From contig NC_091992.1 of assembly GCF_044704955.1 (NCBI RefSeq), positions 45,136,001-45,200,000 on the forward strand: a stretch of 64,000 bases of DNA, read 5' to 3'. The notes beneath the pieces are model-generated. The model was not told where the DNA came from, made no database searches, and saw only the letters and a program-made list of their open reading frames with translations. Positions 25,035 to 36,403 of the stretch are shown here, one piece after another. Origin of the DNA: Pristiophorus japonicus. Its lineage: Eukaryota. How positions within the stretch are numbered: the stretch's first letter is position 1; every line of letters starts with the position of its first letter. The translations under genes were made by a program, and so were the position numbers.

Positions 25035-27105
25035 TAGAAACATAGAAACATAGAAAATAGGTGCAGGAGCAGGCCATTCAGCCCTTCTAGCCTGCACCGC
25101 CATTCAACGAGTTCATGGCTGAACATGAAACTTCAGTACCCACTTCCTGCTTTCACGCCATACCCCTTGATCCCCCGAGTAGTAAGGACTTCATCTAACT
25201 CCCTTTTGAATATATTTAGTGAATTGGCCTCAACTACTTCCTGTGGTAGAGAATTCCACAGGTTCACCACTCTCTGGGTGAAGAAGTTTCTCCTTATCTC
25301 GGTCCTAAATGGCTTACCCCTTATCCTTAGACTGTGACCCCTGGTTCTGGACTTCCCCAACATTGGGAACATTCTTCCTGCATCCAACCTGTCCAAACCC
25401 GTCAGAATTTTAAACGTTTCTATGAGGTCCCCTCTCACTCTTCTGAACTCCAGTGAATACAAGCCCAGTTGATTCAGTCTTTCTTGATAGGTCAGTCCCA
25501 CCATCCCGGGAATCAGTCTGGTGAATCTTCGCTGCACTCCCTCAACAGCAAGTATGTCCTTCCTCAAGTTAGGAGACCAAAACTGTACACAATACTCCAG
25601 GTGTGGCCTCACCAAGGCCCTGTACAACTGTAGCAACACCTCCCTGCCCCTGTACTCAAATCCCCTCGCTATGAAGGCCAACATGCCATTTGCTTTCTTA
25701 ACCGCCTGCTGTACCTGCATGCCAACCTTCAATGACTGATGTACCATGACACCCAGGTCTCGTTGCACCTTCCCTTTTCCTAATCTGTCACCATTCAGAT
25801 AATAGTCTGTCTCTCTGTTTTTACCACCAAAGTGGATAACCTCACATTTATCCACATTATACTTCATCTGCCACGCATTTGCCCACTCACCTAACCTATC
25901 CAAGTCACTCTGTAGCCTCATAGCATCCTCCTCGCAGCTCACACTGCCACCCAACTTAGTGTCATCCGCAAATTTGGAGATACTACATTTAATCCCCTCG
26001 TCTAAATCATTAATGTACAATGTAAACAGCTGGGGCCCCAGCACAGAACCCTGCGGTACCCCACTAGTCACTGCCTGCCATTCCGAAAAGTACCCATTTA
26101 CTCCTACTCTTTGCTTCCTGTCTGACAACCAGTTCTCAATCCACGTCAGCACACTACCCCCAATCCCATGTGCTTTAACTTTGCACATTAATCTCCTGTG
26201 TGGGACCTTGTCGAAAGCCTTCTGAAAGTCCAAATATACCACATCAACTGGTACTCCTTTGTCCACTTTATTGGAAACATCCTCAAAAAATTCCAGAAGA
26301 TTTGTCAAGCATGATCTCCCTTTTACAAATCCATGCTGACTTGGACCTATCATGTCACCATTTTCCAAATGCGCTGCTATGACATCCTTAATAATTGATT
26401 CCATCATTTTACCCACTACTGAGGTCAGGCTGACCGGTCTATAATTCCCTGCTTTCTCTCTCCCTCCTTTTTTAAAAAGTGGGGTTACATTGGCTACCCT
26501 CCACTCGATAGGAACTGATCCAGAGTCAATGGAATGTTGGAAAATGACTGTCAATGCATCCGCTATTTCCAAGGCCACCTCCTTAAGTACTCTGGGATGC
26601 AGTCCATCAGGCCCTGGGGATTTATCGGCCTTCAATCCCATCAATTTCCCCAACACAATTTCCCGACTAATAAAGATTTCCCTCAGTTCCTCCTCCTTAA
26701 TAGACCCTCTGACCACTTTTATATCCGGAAGGTTGTTTGTGTCCTCCTTAGTGAATACTGAACCAAAGTACTTGTTCAATTGGTCTGCCATTTCTTTGTT
26801 CCCCGTTATGACTTCCCCTGATTCTGACTGCAGGGGACCTACGTTTGTCTTTACTAACCTCTTTCTCTTTACATACCTATAGAAACTTTTGCAATCCGCC
26901 TTAATGTTCCCTGCAAGCTTCTTCTCGTACTCCATTTTCCCTACCCTAATCAAACCCTTTGTCCTCCTCTGCTGAGTTCTAAATTTCTCCCAGTCCCCAG
27001 GTTCGCTGCTATTTCTGGCCAATTTGTATGCCACTTCCTTGGCTTTAATACTATCCCTGATTTCCCTAGATAGCCACGGTTGAGCCACCTTCCCTTTTTT
27101 TTTTT
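25035..27105 (-). mobile_element. CR1 family A copy 2, young, uninterrupted 651-aa RT frame, nested in family B
   Basis: ORF 25133-27088 has no stops and all RT motifs ([25 protein letters not shown]); (GAAACATA)n tail at 25035; nearly identical to 20899-22017. Confidence 0.96.
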
Positions 27106-28149
27106 TATTTCACTGGAATATATTTTTGTTGAGCACTATGAAAGAGCTCCTTAAAAGTCCTCCACTGTTCCTCAATTGTGCCACCGTTTAGTCTGTGTTT
27201 CCAGTCTACTTTAGCCAACTCTTCCCTCATCCCACTGTTGTCCCCTTTGTTTAAGCATAGTACGCTCGTTTGAGACACTACTTCCTCACCCTCAATCTGT
27301 ATTACAAATTCAACCATACTGTGATCACTCATTCCGAGAGGATCTTTTACTAGGAGATCGTTTATTATTCCTGTCTCATTACACAGGACCAGATCTAAGA
27401 TAGCTTGCTCCCTTGTAGGTTCTGTAACATACTGTTCTAAGAAACAATCCCGTATGTATTCTCTGAATTCCTCCTCAAGGCTACCCCGTGCGATTTGATT
27501 TGACCAATCGATATGTAGGTTAAAATCCCCCATGATTACTGCCGTTCCTTTTTCACATGCCTCCATTATTCCCTTGATTATTGCTCGCCCCACCGGGAAG
27601 TTATTATTTGGGAGCCTATAAACTACGCCCACCAGTGACTTTTTCCCCTTACTATCTCTAATCTCCACCCACAATGATTCAACATTTTGTTCATTAGAGC
27701 CAATATCGTCTCTCACAACTGCCCTGATATCTTTCTTTATTAACAGAGCTACCCCACCTCCTTTCCATTTTTGTCTATTTTTCCGAATTGTCAGATACCC
27801 CTGTATGTTTAATTCCCAGTATTGGCCACCCTGCAACCACGTTTCTGTAATGGCCACCAAATCATACCCATTTGTAATGATTTGTGCCGTCAACTCATTT
27901 ACTTTATTTCAAATGCTGCGTGCGTTTAAGTAGAGTGTTTTAATACTAGTTTTTAAACCATGATTTTTAGTTTTGATCCCTCCTGCAGCCCCTTTATATT
28001 TATACATATTGTCCCTTCCTATCACCTTGTGGTTTACACTTACCCCAGTGCTACTCTGCTCTGTTGCCTCCTGCCTTTTGCATTCTTTCTTGAGGTCCTA
28101 TTCATCTGAGCTCTCACCCACTCTAACTAGCTCAGAGCCCACTCCTGGG
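27106..28149 (-). mobile_element. CR1 family B, 5' half (APE endonuclease and inter-ORF region)
   Basis: ORF 27105-27893 (AITETWL, IMGDFN, GMSDH) ends QQKYIPVK and continues as KKGGKRRDN..WITKEIKESIK at 25034 on the other side of the nested copy. Confidence 0.88.
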
Positions 28150-29198
28150 TTCCGAATACTCCTTGCACTGAGGCACCGCACTTTCATGCTTACCTTTTTA
28201 TTACACTTTGACCCTTTAGAATTTTGCTGTACAGTGGCCCTTTTTGTTGTTTGCCTTGGGTTTCTCTGCTCTCCACTTTTACTCATCTCCTTTCTGTCTT
28301 TTGCTTTTGTCTCCATTTTGTTTCCCTCTGTCTCCCTGCATTGGTTCCCATCCCCCTGCCATGTTAGTTTAACTCCTCCCCAACAGCATTAGCAAACACT
28401 CCCGCTCGGACATTGGTTCCGGTCCTGCCCAGGTGCAGACCGTCCAGTTTGTACTGGTCCCACCTCCCCCAGAACCGGTTCCAATGCCCCAGGAATTTGA
28501 ATCCCTCCCTGCTGCACCACTGCTCAAGCCATGTATTCATCTGCGCTATCCTGCGATTCCTACTCTGACTAGTACGTGGCACTGGTAGCAATCCCAAGAT
28601 TACTACTTTTGAGGTCCTACTTTTTAATTTAGCTCCTCGCTCCTTAAATTCGTCTCTTAGGACCTCATCCCGTTTTTTACCTATATCGTTGGTACCAATG
28701 TGCACCACAACAACTGGCTGTTCACCCTCCCTTTTCAGAATGTCCTGTACCCGCTCCGAGACATCCTTGACCCTTGCACCAGGGAGGCAACATTCCATCC
28801 TGGAGTCTCGGTTGCGGCCGCAGAAACGCCTATCTATTCCCCTTACAATTGAATCCTCTATCACTATCGCTCTCCCACTCCCTTTCCTGCCCTCCTGTGC
28901 ACCAGAGCCAGCCACGGTGCCTTGAACTTGGCTACTGCTGCCCTCCCCTGATGAGTCATCCCCCTCAACAGTACTCAAAGCGGTGTATTTGTTTTGCAGG
29001 GGGATGACCACAGGGGACCCCTGCACTACCTTCCTTGCACTGCTCTTCCTGTTGGTCTTCCACTCCCTATCTGGATGTGGACCCTTTACCTGAGGTAAGA
29101 CCAACTCGCTACACGTGCTAATCACGTCATTCTCAATATCGTGGATGCTCCAAAGTGAATCCACCCTCAGCTCCAATTACGCAACGCGGTCCGTCAGG
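28150..29198 (-). mobile_element. CR1 family A-type 5' region with ORF1 SGNH esterase domain
   Basis: ORF 28364-29176: IVIEDSIVRG (GDS-like block), CCLPGARVKDV, VVHIGTNDIG, DGLHL - the SGNH/GDSL esterase fold known from CR1 ORF1p. Confidence 0.88.
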
Positions 29199-29249
29199 GA
29201 AATACTCAGTTAGACATTTTTATGCTGTAATACCCCACAAATACCGTTT

Positions 29250-29700
29250 AACAACATGTATTTCAATAGTACCTTTAACATAGTAAAACATCCCAAGATG
29301 CTTCAAAAAAAATTTGACACCGAGCCACATATGGAGATATTAGGACTGGTGACTAAAAGGTTGGTCAAAGGGGTAGGTTTTAAGGAGTGTCATAAAAGGA
29401 GAGAGGTAGAGAGGTTTCAGGAAGGAATTCCAGAGCCTAGGCAGCTGAAGACACAGGCGCCAATGGTGGAGCAATGAAATCAGGGATGAGCAAGAGGCCA
29501 GAATTGGAGGCGCAGAGATCTCGGAGGATTATAAAGCTGGAATAGGTTATAGAGATCGGGTGGGGCAAGGACATGGAGGAATTTGATAAAAGGATGAGAA
29601 TTTTTAAAATCGTGATGTTGCCAGACCGTGGAGCCAATGTAGGTCAGCGAGCACAGGCAATGGGTAAACGAGATTTGGTGTGAATTAGGATACAGGTAGC
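29250..29700 (-). mobile_element. L2 LINE 3' fragment
   Basis: Same family as 14906-17027 (AAAATTTGACACCGAGCCAC...GGAGCCAATGTAGGTCAGCGAGCACAGG). Confidence 0.8.
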
Positions 29701-29966
29701 AGACAGTCTGTCGAGTAGAAGCTAACCGAAACTGCATGTACACTACAAATCCAGAATCCTGAGAGAAACGGAAGATTCCTGGGGAAATTAGTCTTACTTT
29801 GGGCCTGACTCCGGATTGCCACCATAACCTAATGAACTGTTTTGCACTGATGCTACGTTTGCAGTGTAAATGCAGCCTAAGCCCACACTTCCTAGCACCA
29901 TCTGGTGTGAAATGATTCTAGTTTTAAAAATCATTTTCGGATCCAATAGCATCTACTGTCATAATG

Positions 29967-30030
29967 CAGACATCATCAATTTTCAAACTACAGAGCCCAG
30001 ACATCATCAATTTTCAAACTACAGAGCCCA
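29967..30030. repeat. Perfect 31-bp tandem duplication
   Basis: CAGACATCATCAATTTTCAAACTACAGAGCC x2. Confidence 0.95.
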
Positions 30031-30121
30031 AGTTGAGCAAACATACAAAACAGACAAGACTAAAATTGAATCTCTAATGCGCTACTGATCACCGAGCCAG
30101 AAACAAGGGGGAAAAGTTTTA

Positions 30122-30297
30122 TAAATAAAAACAGGAAATGCTAGAAATACATAATCAGAGTCTGTAGACAGGTTATGAAGTTCCAAATCCTGCCTTTTCT
30201 CTTTACAGAAAAGGCTGACTGAGCTGCTCTGTATTACCAGCATTATCTAATTTTATTTCATATTTCCAGCATATGCAGTTTTTTAAATTTTTATTTT
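30122..30297. repeat. Short foldback interspersed repeat (possibly Penelope-derived); related remnant at ~10185-10265
   Basis: AAATAAAAACAGGAAATGCTAGAAATAC ... GTATTACCAGCATTATCTAATTTTATTT inverted arms. Confidence 0.5.
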
Positions 30298-30539
30298 ACC
30301 AAACAGTAATGTGATTGCACCTGTAAAACTCCTTCATGGCAGACAGTACTGCTAGGCTTTAGTTATAAGAATATGGCAGCTATTGCAACTGTGGGTGGAT
30401 TTTACAAACTATGACTACTATAATGTGCCCACTTCTGTTCAACCACATTATCCTGAGTGTCAAATAGCAATAGAGACATACAGGAAATTACAATGATATG
30501 CAAGTCTTAGAATACTCCTTTAGGGAGCCTCACATTCAT

Positions 30540-31895
30540 TTATTTGTGTTTACTGAACAAAAGGAAAAATCCTGTAATAAGCATAGCAGTCACTGCTGCC
30601 TCCACTAGCTTGTGAAGATGCCATTTTTTCTCCAGACTTTTCCTGCTTTTGCGAAGCTGCATCCTTCTCCAGCGCAGAATCTGCTCCTTCTCCAGTTGCT
30701 CCCCATAATGAGCCCTGTAGAACTCATCAAAATTGAACTTTGGTTTCCCAGTGTCTAATGTATCTGATGAGCTCCTGGCCTGTGATTGCTTTGCCGTTGA
30801 GGCTTGGACTTTTTCCAAAGGTTTTTTCCCGATATGCAAATCTGCTGAAGTCAGAATCCTTCGATCGTACTTCTTCCTCAGACTTATGCTGCCCAGCACG
30901 GAATATGCCTCATTGATTTGAGTGAATCTCAATGCTGCCTCCTCACTGCCTGCATTTCTGTCTGGGTGGTAAATAAGTGACTGCTTGTAGTAAGCAGATT
31001 TGATCTGACTCTGGGTGGCATTGGGAGAGATTTTCAAAACATCATAGTATACTGTGTTGCTCCCTTGTGGAGGTGGGACAGCATTATTTCCACTCGAATA
31101 CCTTGTGCCATCTTTAAAATGGCCGTATGTTCTGCATTGGTACAGTACTTTGATGACAGAATAGTGGTGATGCCGGTATCTGTTACCATCCTTGAGTGAT
31201 GCACGGGCACTTGAGACGATTAACCGTTTAAAAGTCTGGACATTCCAAAGCCCTTGATGGTATTTGTCACTGATCCTCCGAGAGAACAAGGCGTGACAGG
31301 ACAAACAACTCCCATGTTTGGCAAACCCTTTAGCGGTGTATGCACCACTGTCACCGCATGCCCTCGCCCTAGAGAAAGGGCACCCAGTCGCTGGAAATGT
31401 CATGCTCCCAACCACCCGGCTGGACTTCACTGATGGGCATTCTTTGCCAAGCGGCCCACCTGGAGGACCATTCACAGATTCTTGCTGAGTGGGGTACAAG
31501 TGCAGCACAGCAAGGGCCTGTGAGAGGCATTGCACGACCCGGGCCCCATCCTGTGTTGACCCCCACCTGGGATTGTCCCTGGGGGTAAATCGGGGCTGCC
31601 AGGGGTCCAGGTGCCCACCACCTTCAGCAATGGCTCCTCTTTGGACACTCAGCCCCCCTGCCATTGGCTGAGGCGGAGGCGCGCCCCCTGCCCCGCGCGC
31701 CCCCGCCCGCTGCTGACAGTTGGTTTCCGACCGGCCGCCGGGCCGCTGCCGAACATCAGCTCCCACGGGGCCTAGGTTAGTCCCCGGACACCGGTCGCGT
31801 CTTAGGCCGCCACCAGCAACTACTTTACTCGCCCAGTCCCCCGTGTCCCGGCCTTGATGTGTCCTCATACACCGACCGGCAAACGCCAGCGCCAT
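30540..31895 (-). CDS. DNAJC30: DnaJ heat shock protein family (Hsp40) member C30, mitochondrial; single-exon ORF, 451 aa
   Basis: J-domain YYDVLKISPNATQSQIKSAYYKQSLIYHPDRNAGSEEAALRFTQINEAYSVLG (HPD intact), DNAJC30-type FNFDEFYRAHYGEQLEKEQ motif, C-terminal hydrophobic TM segment; start in a strong context (AAGATGGCG) within a CpG island. Start choice is less certain than identity. Confidence 0.9.
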   Translation of the reverse strand: MALAFAGRCMRTHQGRDTGDWASKVVAGGGLRRDRCPGTNLGPVGADVRQRPGGRSETNCQQRAGARGAGGAPPPQPMAGGLSVQRGAIAEGGGHLDPWQPRFTPRDNPRWGSTQDGARVVQCLSQALAVLHLYPTQQESVNGPPGGPLGKECPSVKSSRVVGSMTFPATGCPFSRARACGDSGAYTAKGFAKHGSCLSCHALFSRRISDKYHQGLWNVQTFKRLIVSSARASLKDGNRYRHHHYSVIKVLYQCRTYGHFKDGTRYSSGNNAVPPPQGSNTVYYDVLKISPNATQSQIKSAYYKQSLIYHPDRNAGSEEAALRFTQINEAYSVLGSISLRKKYDRRILTSADLHIGKKPLEKVQASTAKQSQARSSSDTLDTGKPKFNFDEFYRAHYGEQLEKEQILRWRRMQLRKSRKSLEKKWHLHKLVEAAVTAMLITGFFLLFSKHK

Positions 31896-32095
31896 CTTCT
31901 CAGGCCGTCACCGGGGAGGCGGGATCTGACCCTGACTGACAGCCGCCTCAACCAATCACAGGTCAGAGATTCATGATCAACATGACTTCCAGCCATTTAC
32001 AACGTCACAGATTCAGCCTATGACAGTGCAGGTTTCGTGTATGTCCCGCCCACATTGGCCCTGATTGACAGCTCGACCTACAATTGCCAATCACT
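31887..32095 (-). promoter_or_regulatory. DNAJC30 promoter
   Basis: YY1-like AAGATGGCG over the ATG, GC boxes (GGGAGGCGGG, CCCGCCC), CCAAT boxes (31952, ~32054, ~32088) and the PBX/PREP decamer TGATTGACAG at 32062-32071. Confidence 0.65.
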
Positions 32096-32400
32096 TGCTT
32101 TTTACCCACCAATTGAAATGGACTCAGAGCAATGACCAAGTTTGATTCCTGTAAAACTTTCAAACGTTATTGTTAAAGTGACACTTTCGAAAAACTATTC
32201 GGCAAATTTATTTTGTTTGGGAAAAGATGTACCATGTTCTTAATGTTATCATCAATCACAAATGAGCTGGTGATTGATTTGAAGCATTCATCCTTGAGAC
32301 TGTCCCAATGATGAAACGTTTACAACCTTCACTTTCCCTTTGTTTTTCCATTAGCATTTGTGAAGTCCTCTGGGAGATTTCATTTTTCCACTACTGTTTA

Positions 32401-32793
32401 TCATCATCATAGGCAATCCCTCGAAATCGAGGAAGACTTGCTTCCACTCTAAAAGTGAGTTCTCAGGTGACTGAACAGTCCAATACGGGAATTACAGTCT
32501 CTGTCACAGGTGGGGCAGACAGTGGTTGAAGGAAAGGGTGGGTGGGGAGTCTGGTTTGCCGTACGCTCCTTCCGCAGTCTGCGCTTGATTTCTGCATGCT
32601 CTCGGCGACGAGACTCGAGGTGCTCTTCCTCCACTTTGGGTGGTCTTGGGCCAGGGATTCCCAGGTACCGGTAGTGATGTTGCACTTTATCAAGGAGGCT
32701 TTGAGGGTGTCCTTGAAGCATTTCCTCTGCCCACCTGGGGCTTGCTTGCCATGCAGGAATTCCGAGTAGAGCACTTGCTTCGGGAGTTTTGTG
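32401..32793 (-). mobile_element. RTE-clade LINE 3' fragment
   Basis: LPKQVLYSE...GGQRKCFKDTLKASL...WESLAQD..KWR and C2H2 finger CPTCDRDCNSRIGLFSHLRTH; (TGA)n tail. Confidence 0.88.
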
Positions 32794-32795
32794 TT

Positions 32796-33150
32796 ACATA
32801 GAAAATAGGTACAGGAGTAGGCCATTCGGCCCTTCGAGCCTGCACTGCCATTCAATGAGTTCATGGCTGAACATGCAACTTTAGTCCCCCATTCCTGCTT
32901 TCTCGTCATACCCCTTGATCCCCCTAGTAGTAAGGACTACGTCTAACTCCTTTTTGAATATATTTAGTGAATTGGCCTCAACAACTTCCAGTGATAGAGA
33001 ATTCTACAGGTTCACCACTCTCTGGGTGAAGAAGTTTCTCCTCATCTCGGTCCTAAATGGCTTACCCCTTATCCTTAGACTGTGATCCCTGGTTCTGGAC
33101 TTCCCCAACATTGGGAACATTCTTCCTGCATCTAACCTGTCTAAACCCGT
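32796..33150 (-). mobile_element. CR1 family A 3' fragment
   Basis: GLDRLDAGRMFPMLGKSRTRDHSLRIRG; 3' stem-loop and tail. Confidence 0.9.
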
Positions 33151-33421
33151 TGGGCATGCGGACGATGTGGCCCGCCCAGCAAAGCTGGTCAAGTGTAGTC
33201 AGTGCTTCGATGCTGGGGATGTTGGCCTGAGCGAGAACACTAATGTTAGTGCGTCATTTATATATTTGTATAGCACCTTAAACAACGTCCCAAGGCACTT
33301 AAGTTGCTATATAAACGCAAGTTGTTTCTGTTGTAGCTACAGTAATTAAACACATTTATTAAAATATTTAACTAAATATATTGCCTCAGCTTTTATCGCT
33401 TCATTTCCTCACAAATTTCAG

Positions 33422-34105
33422 TGGCCTGGAAATTGTGGTCAGAGGCTTACTGCCCATGTATGCTCTGGAGCTTCGGACTCCTGTGACCCTGGACCTGTAG
33501 GCGTACGCCTGTGTAAAGGCCCACAGATCCCAGGGGCGCAGGCGGTTCGCCAGGCCAACCAATTACAAAGGAGGATTCCTATTATCCTTATGAGGATTCG
33601 ATTTACGTACGGAAGTAATAGAAATGATCCAATAGATAAAATTTCACAACACTGAACTAAAAACAAATGATCACAGGATCAAAATTAATTAAAAGCCCCT
33701 TTAATTAAACATTTAAAATAAAAATTAAAATTTTTGAAGAATGTAAACATTTTTAAACAGGACAAACAACCTAAACTAATTTTAAATGTAAGTGAATGTT
33801 TAAATCATTAAAAAAATGTTTTAAACATTTATTTTAACCCTTACGCTGGTAAAAGGCCTTACACCTGTTTTACCAGGCGTAAGAATTTTGTGGGTATTCG
33901 CTGGGCAGTAGTTGGGGAAATAGCCCAAATCTGTGCCAGCGAAAGTGATTTTGTAGCAGTTGCATACGATCTGTTCAGGAGCAACTTGACAGATCTCAAG
34001 GTCTGGGTTTTCGTGCATGCACATTGCATGCAGAAATCAGGAATTTGCAGGGCCCTTCACAACACCTACGCATACGCCGCCATAGTCCCCGTAAACTCCG
34101 GGCCA
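33422..34105. mobile_element. MITE (Harbinger/Tourist-like)
   Basis: TIRs TGGCCTGGAAATT ... AAACTCCGGGCCA, GC-rich arms, very AT-rich centre. Confidence 0.7.
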
Positions 34106-34399
34106 TTATCTTTGACAAACTTGTGCTTTGAATTTTTTTTTCGCCTATTCATGTTTGTTGGAGTACTTTTACTGTGGTGTTAGGGAGCCAATAAAGGCTG
34201 CAAGAATAAAAATAGTTGTGGACCAAGCTTTCTACCATCCTTCCTAATCTATAATTTTCTGGTTTGGCATCCATTTCCATTTTGTTTCTGTTGTTCTTTT
34301 GACACTTGTCTTTGTGTTAAAAGTGCCATGTAAATGCAAGTTATTGCCCTTACTCAATTGACGAGAATGGGGGAGGGGTTATTGCAATATTTAAATAAC

Positions 34400-34647
<248 letters not shown>

Positions 34648-35424
34648 TGAGCAGGTTTGCGGCAAATACTTTTTTTATTCAGGGGAGAGAGAGAGACGAT
34701 GCACGGGCGGGAGCAGCCGACTTTGACAGCGGAAGTGACGTTTCGGCTGTTTGACTGACGCCTTTTCCAGCCAATCACGCCCGTCGCTGAACCTCGGTTC
34801 CTGTGGTAACCGCGTCTCAGCACCGACTGATGAGTTCGGGGGCGGGACTTCCTGTTGCGCTGCGGGCGGGCAATTGCCGTTTGATTCATTTGGTGAGAGT
34901 CCGAGTCCCAGTGTGAAGCCCAACTGTGTTCCCTGCTCAAAGTGGAACAGGCCATAACACACAGCCCCTGCCAGGGTGAAGAGGCCCCCATCCCCCCCAT
35001 GGTGAGATCCCATTTGAAATGTTAATGTTCCTCAGGTGATGATGGGCAACTGGGTATTGCCAGTTTTTTTTTCTGCAGAAGTAAAAGCTACTTGACCAGA
35101 AGGCGACTGAGGCCATCACATACTCAAGGAAAAGTGTCTGTCCGTTATATCGCTGCTGCATTTAGCTGAGATGCTGGGAAAGATTCCTTTTATATAGTAC
35201 CTTTCACATCCCTAAGCACTTTGTAGCCAATAAAGTACTTTTTGGAGTGTAGTCACTGTTGTAGGAAACACTGGCAGCCAATTTGAGCACAGCATGCTCC
35301 CACAAACAGTGTATTGCTGGAGGAGAGAGGTGGAGGGAAAACTTACAGAAAGTGAAATAATCCCGCCCCATAAACTGCCTTTTATGTTCTAATCCACTGG
35401 TATGTAGAATATATTTTCAAAGAA

Positions 35425-35836
35425 AGACTTGCTTTTATATAGCACGTTTCACATCCCTAAGCACTTTATAGCCAATGAAGTACTTTTGGAGTGTAGTCAC
35501 TGTTGTAATGTAGGAAACACGGCAGCCAATTTGCACACCGCATGCTCCCACAAACAGCAATGTGATAATGACCAAATCTGGGTTTTTTTGTGATGTTGAT
35601 TAAGGCATACTGGTTAGGACACTGGGAATAACTTCCCTGCTCCTCTTCAAAATAGTACCATGGGATCTTTTACATCCACCAGAAACCGAACAGGGCTTCA
35701 GTTTCTCATCCAAAAGATAGCACCTTTGACAGTGTAACACCCTCAGTACAACACTGGAGTGTCAGCCTGGCTTTTTCTGCTCAAGTTTCTGTAGTGGGAC
35801 TTAAACCCACAACCTTGTGACTCAGGTGAGAGTGCT
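35425..35836 (-). mobile_element. Deu-domain SINE (tail also duplicated at ~35185-35310)
   Basis: AGACTTGCTTTTATATAGC tail; CCATGGGATCTTTTACATCCACC; GTGGGACTTAAACCCAC B-box. Confidence 0.75.
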
Positions 35837-36403
35837 CTAAAGTCCCCCTCCTCTAAACCAGTTGAAATAAGTCCACTCTTATCTTGTTGTTTCACTTATT
35901 CTGTGTTAGGAATCTGAATCACCTGTCATGCAGTGTGCAAATCTGATTAAATCTCTGCTTTTAGGTATCTGCTCTTACAGTGGCTTCCACTCCTATTACA
36001 GCCAAGCCTCCTGACTGCAATGTCCCAAATAGGACAGTGGAGTTGGAAGTAGCACATGCATCTGAAGTTCTTGGGAGACTTGCGAAGCATATGCTGTTGG
36101 CAGCTGTGTGGAATGATAAAACAATTCACAACTTTTGAGCTGGCATGGTAAGGTAATGTGATATAAATACAAACTCATGTCTTCCTGTAAATGGTTATAA
36201 TTTTTGATGTGAAACTGAAGAGTGAGTGTGCCTATTCACAATATGATTTCAAGAAAGTGTGGAGGTGTATTCATACGGTGTCCACCTGAACCGTGAAGAA
36301 CACTAGCAGGTAATTGTAACTTTTACCATTTTGGAACTAGGTTTGTGCCTGGAGAGAACATTTTGAAGTTACAGGTTTGTCACTAATAGTATTAGGATCA
36401 GCT

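Noticed and set aside
25133-29176. Intact autonomous CR1 (ORF1 + endonuclease + RT)
   Set aside because: The endonuclease and RT come from different subfamilies, ORF2 is broken at ~27095-27107, and ORF1 is 5'-truncated with GDS changed to EDS.
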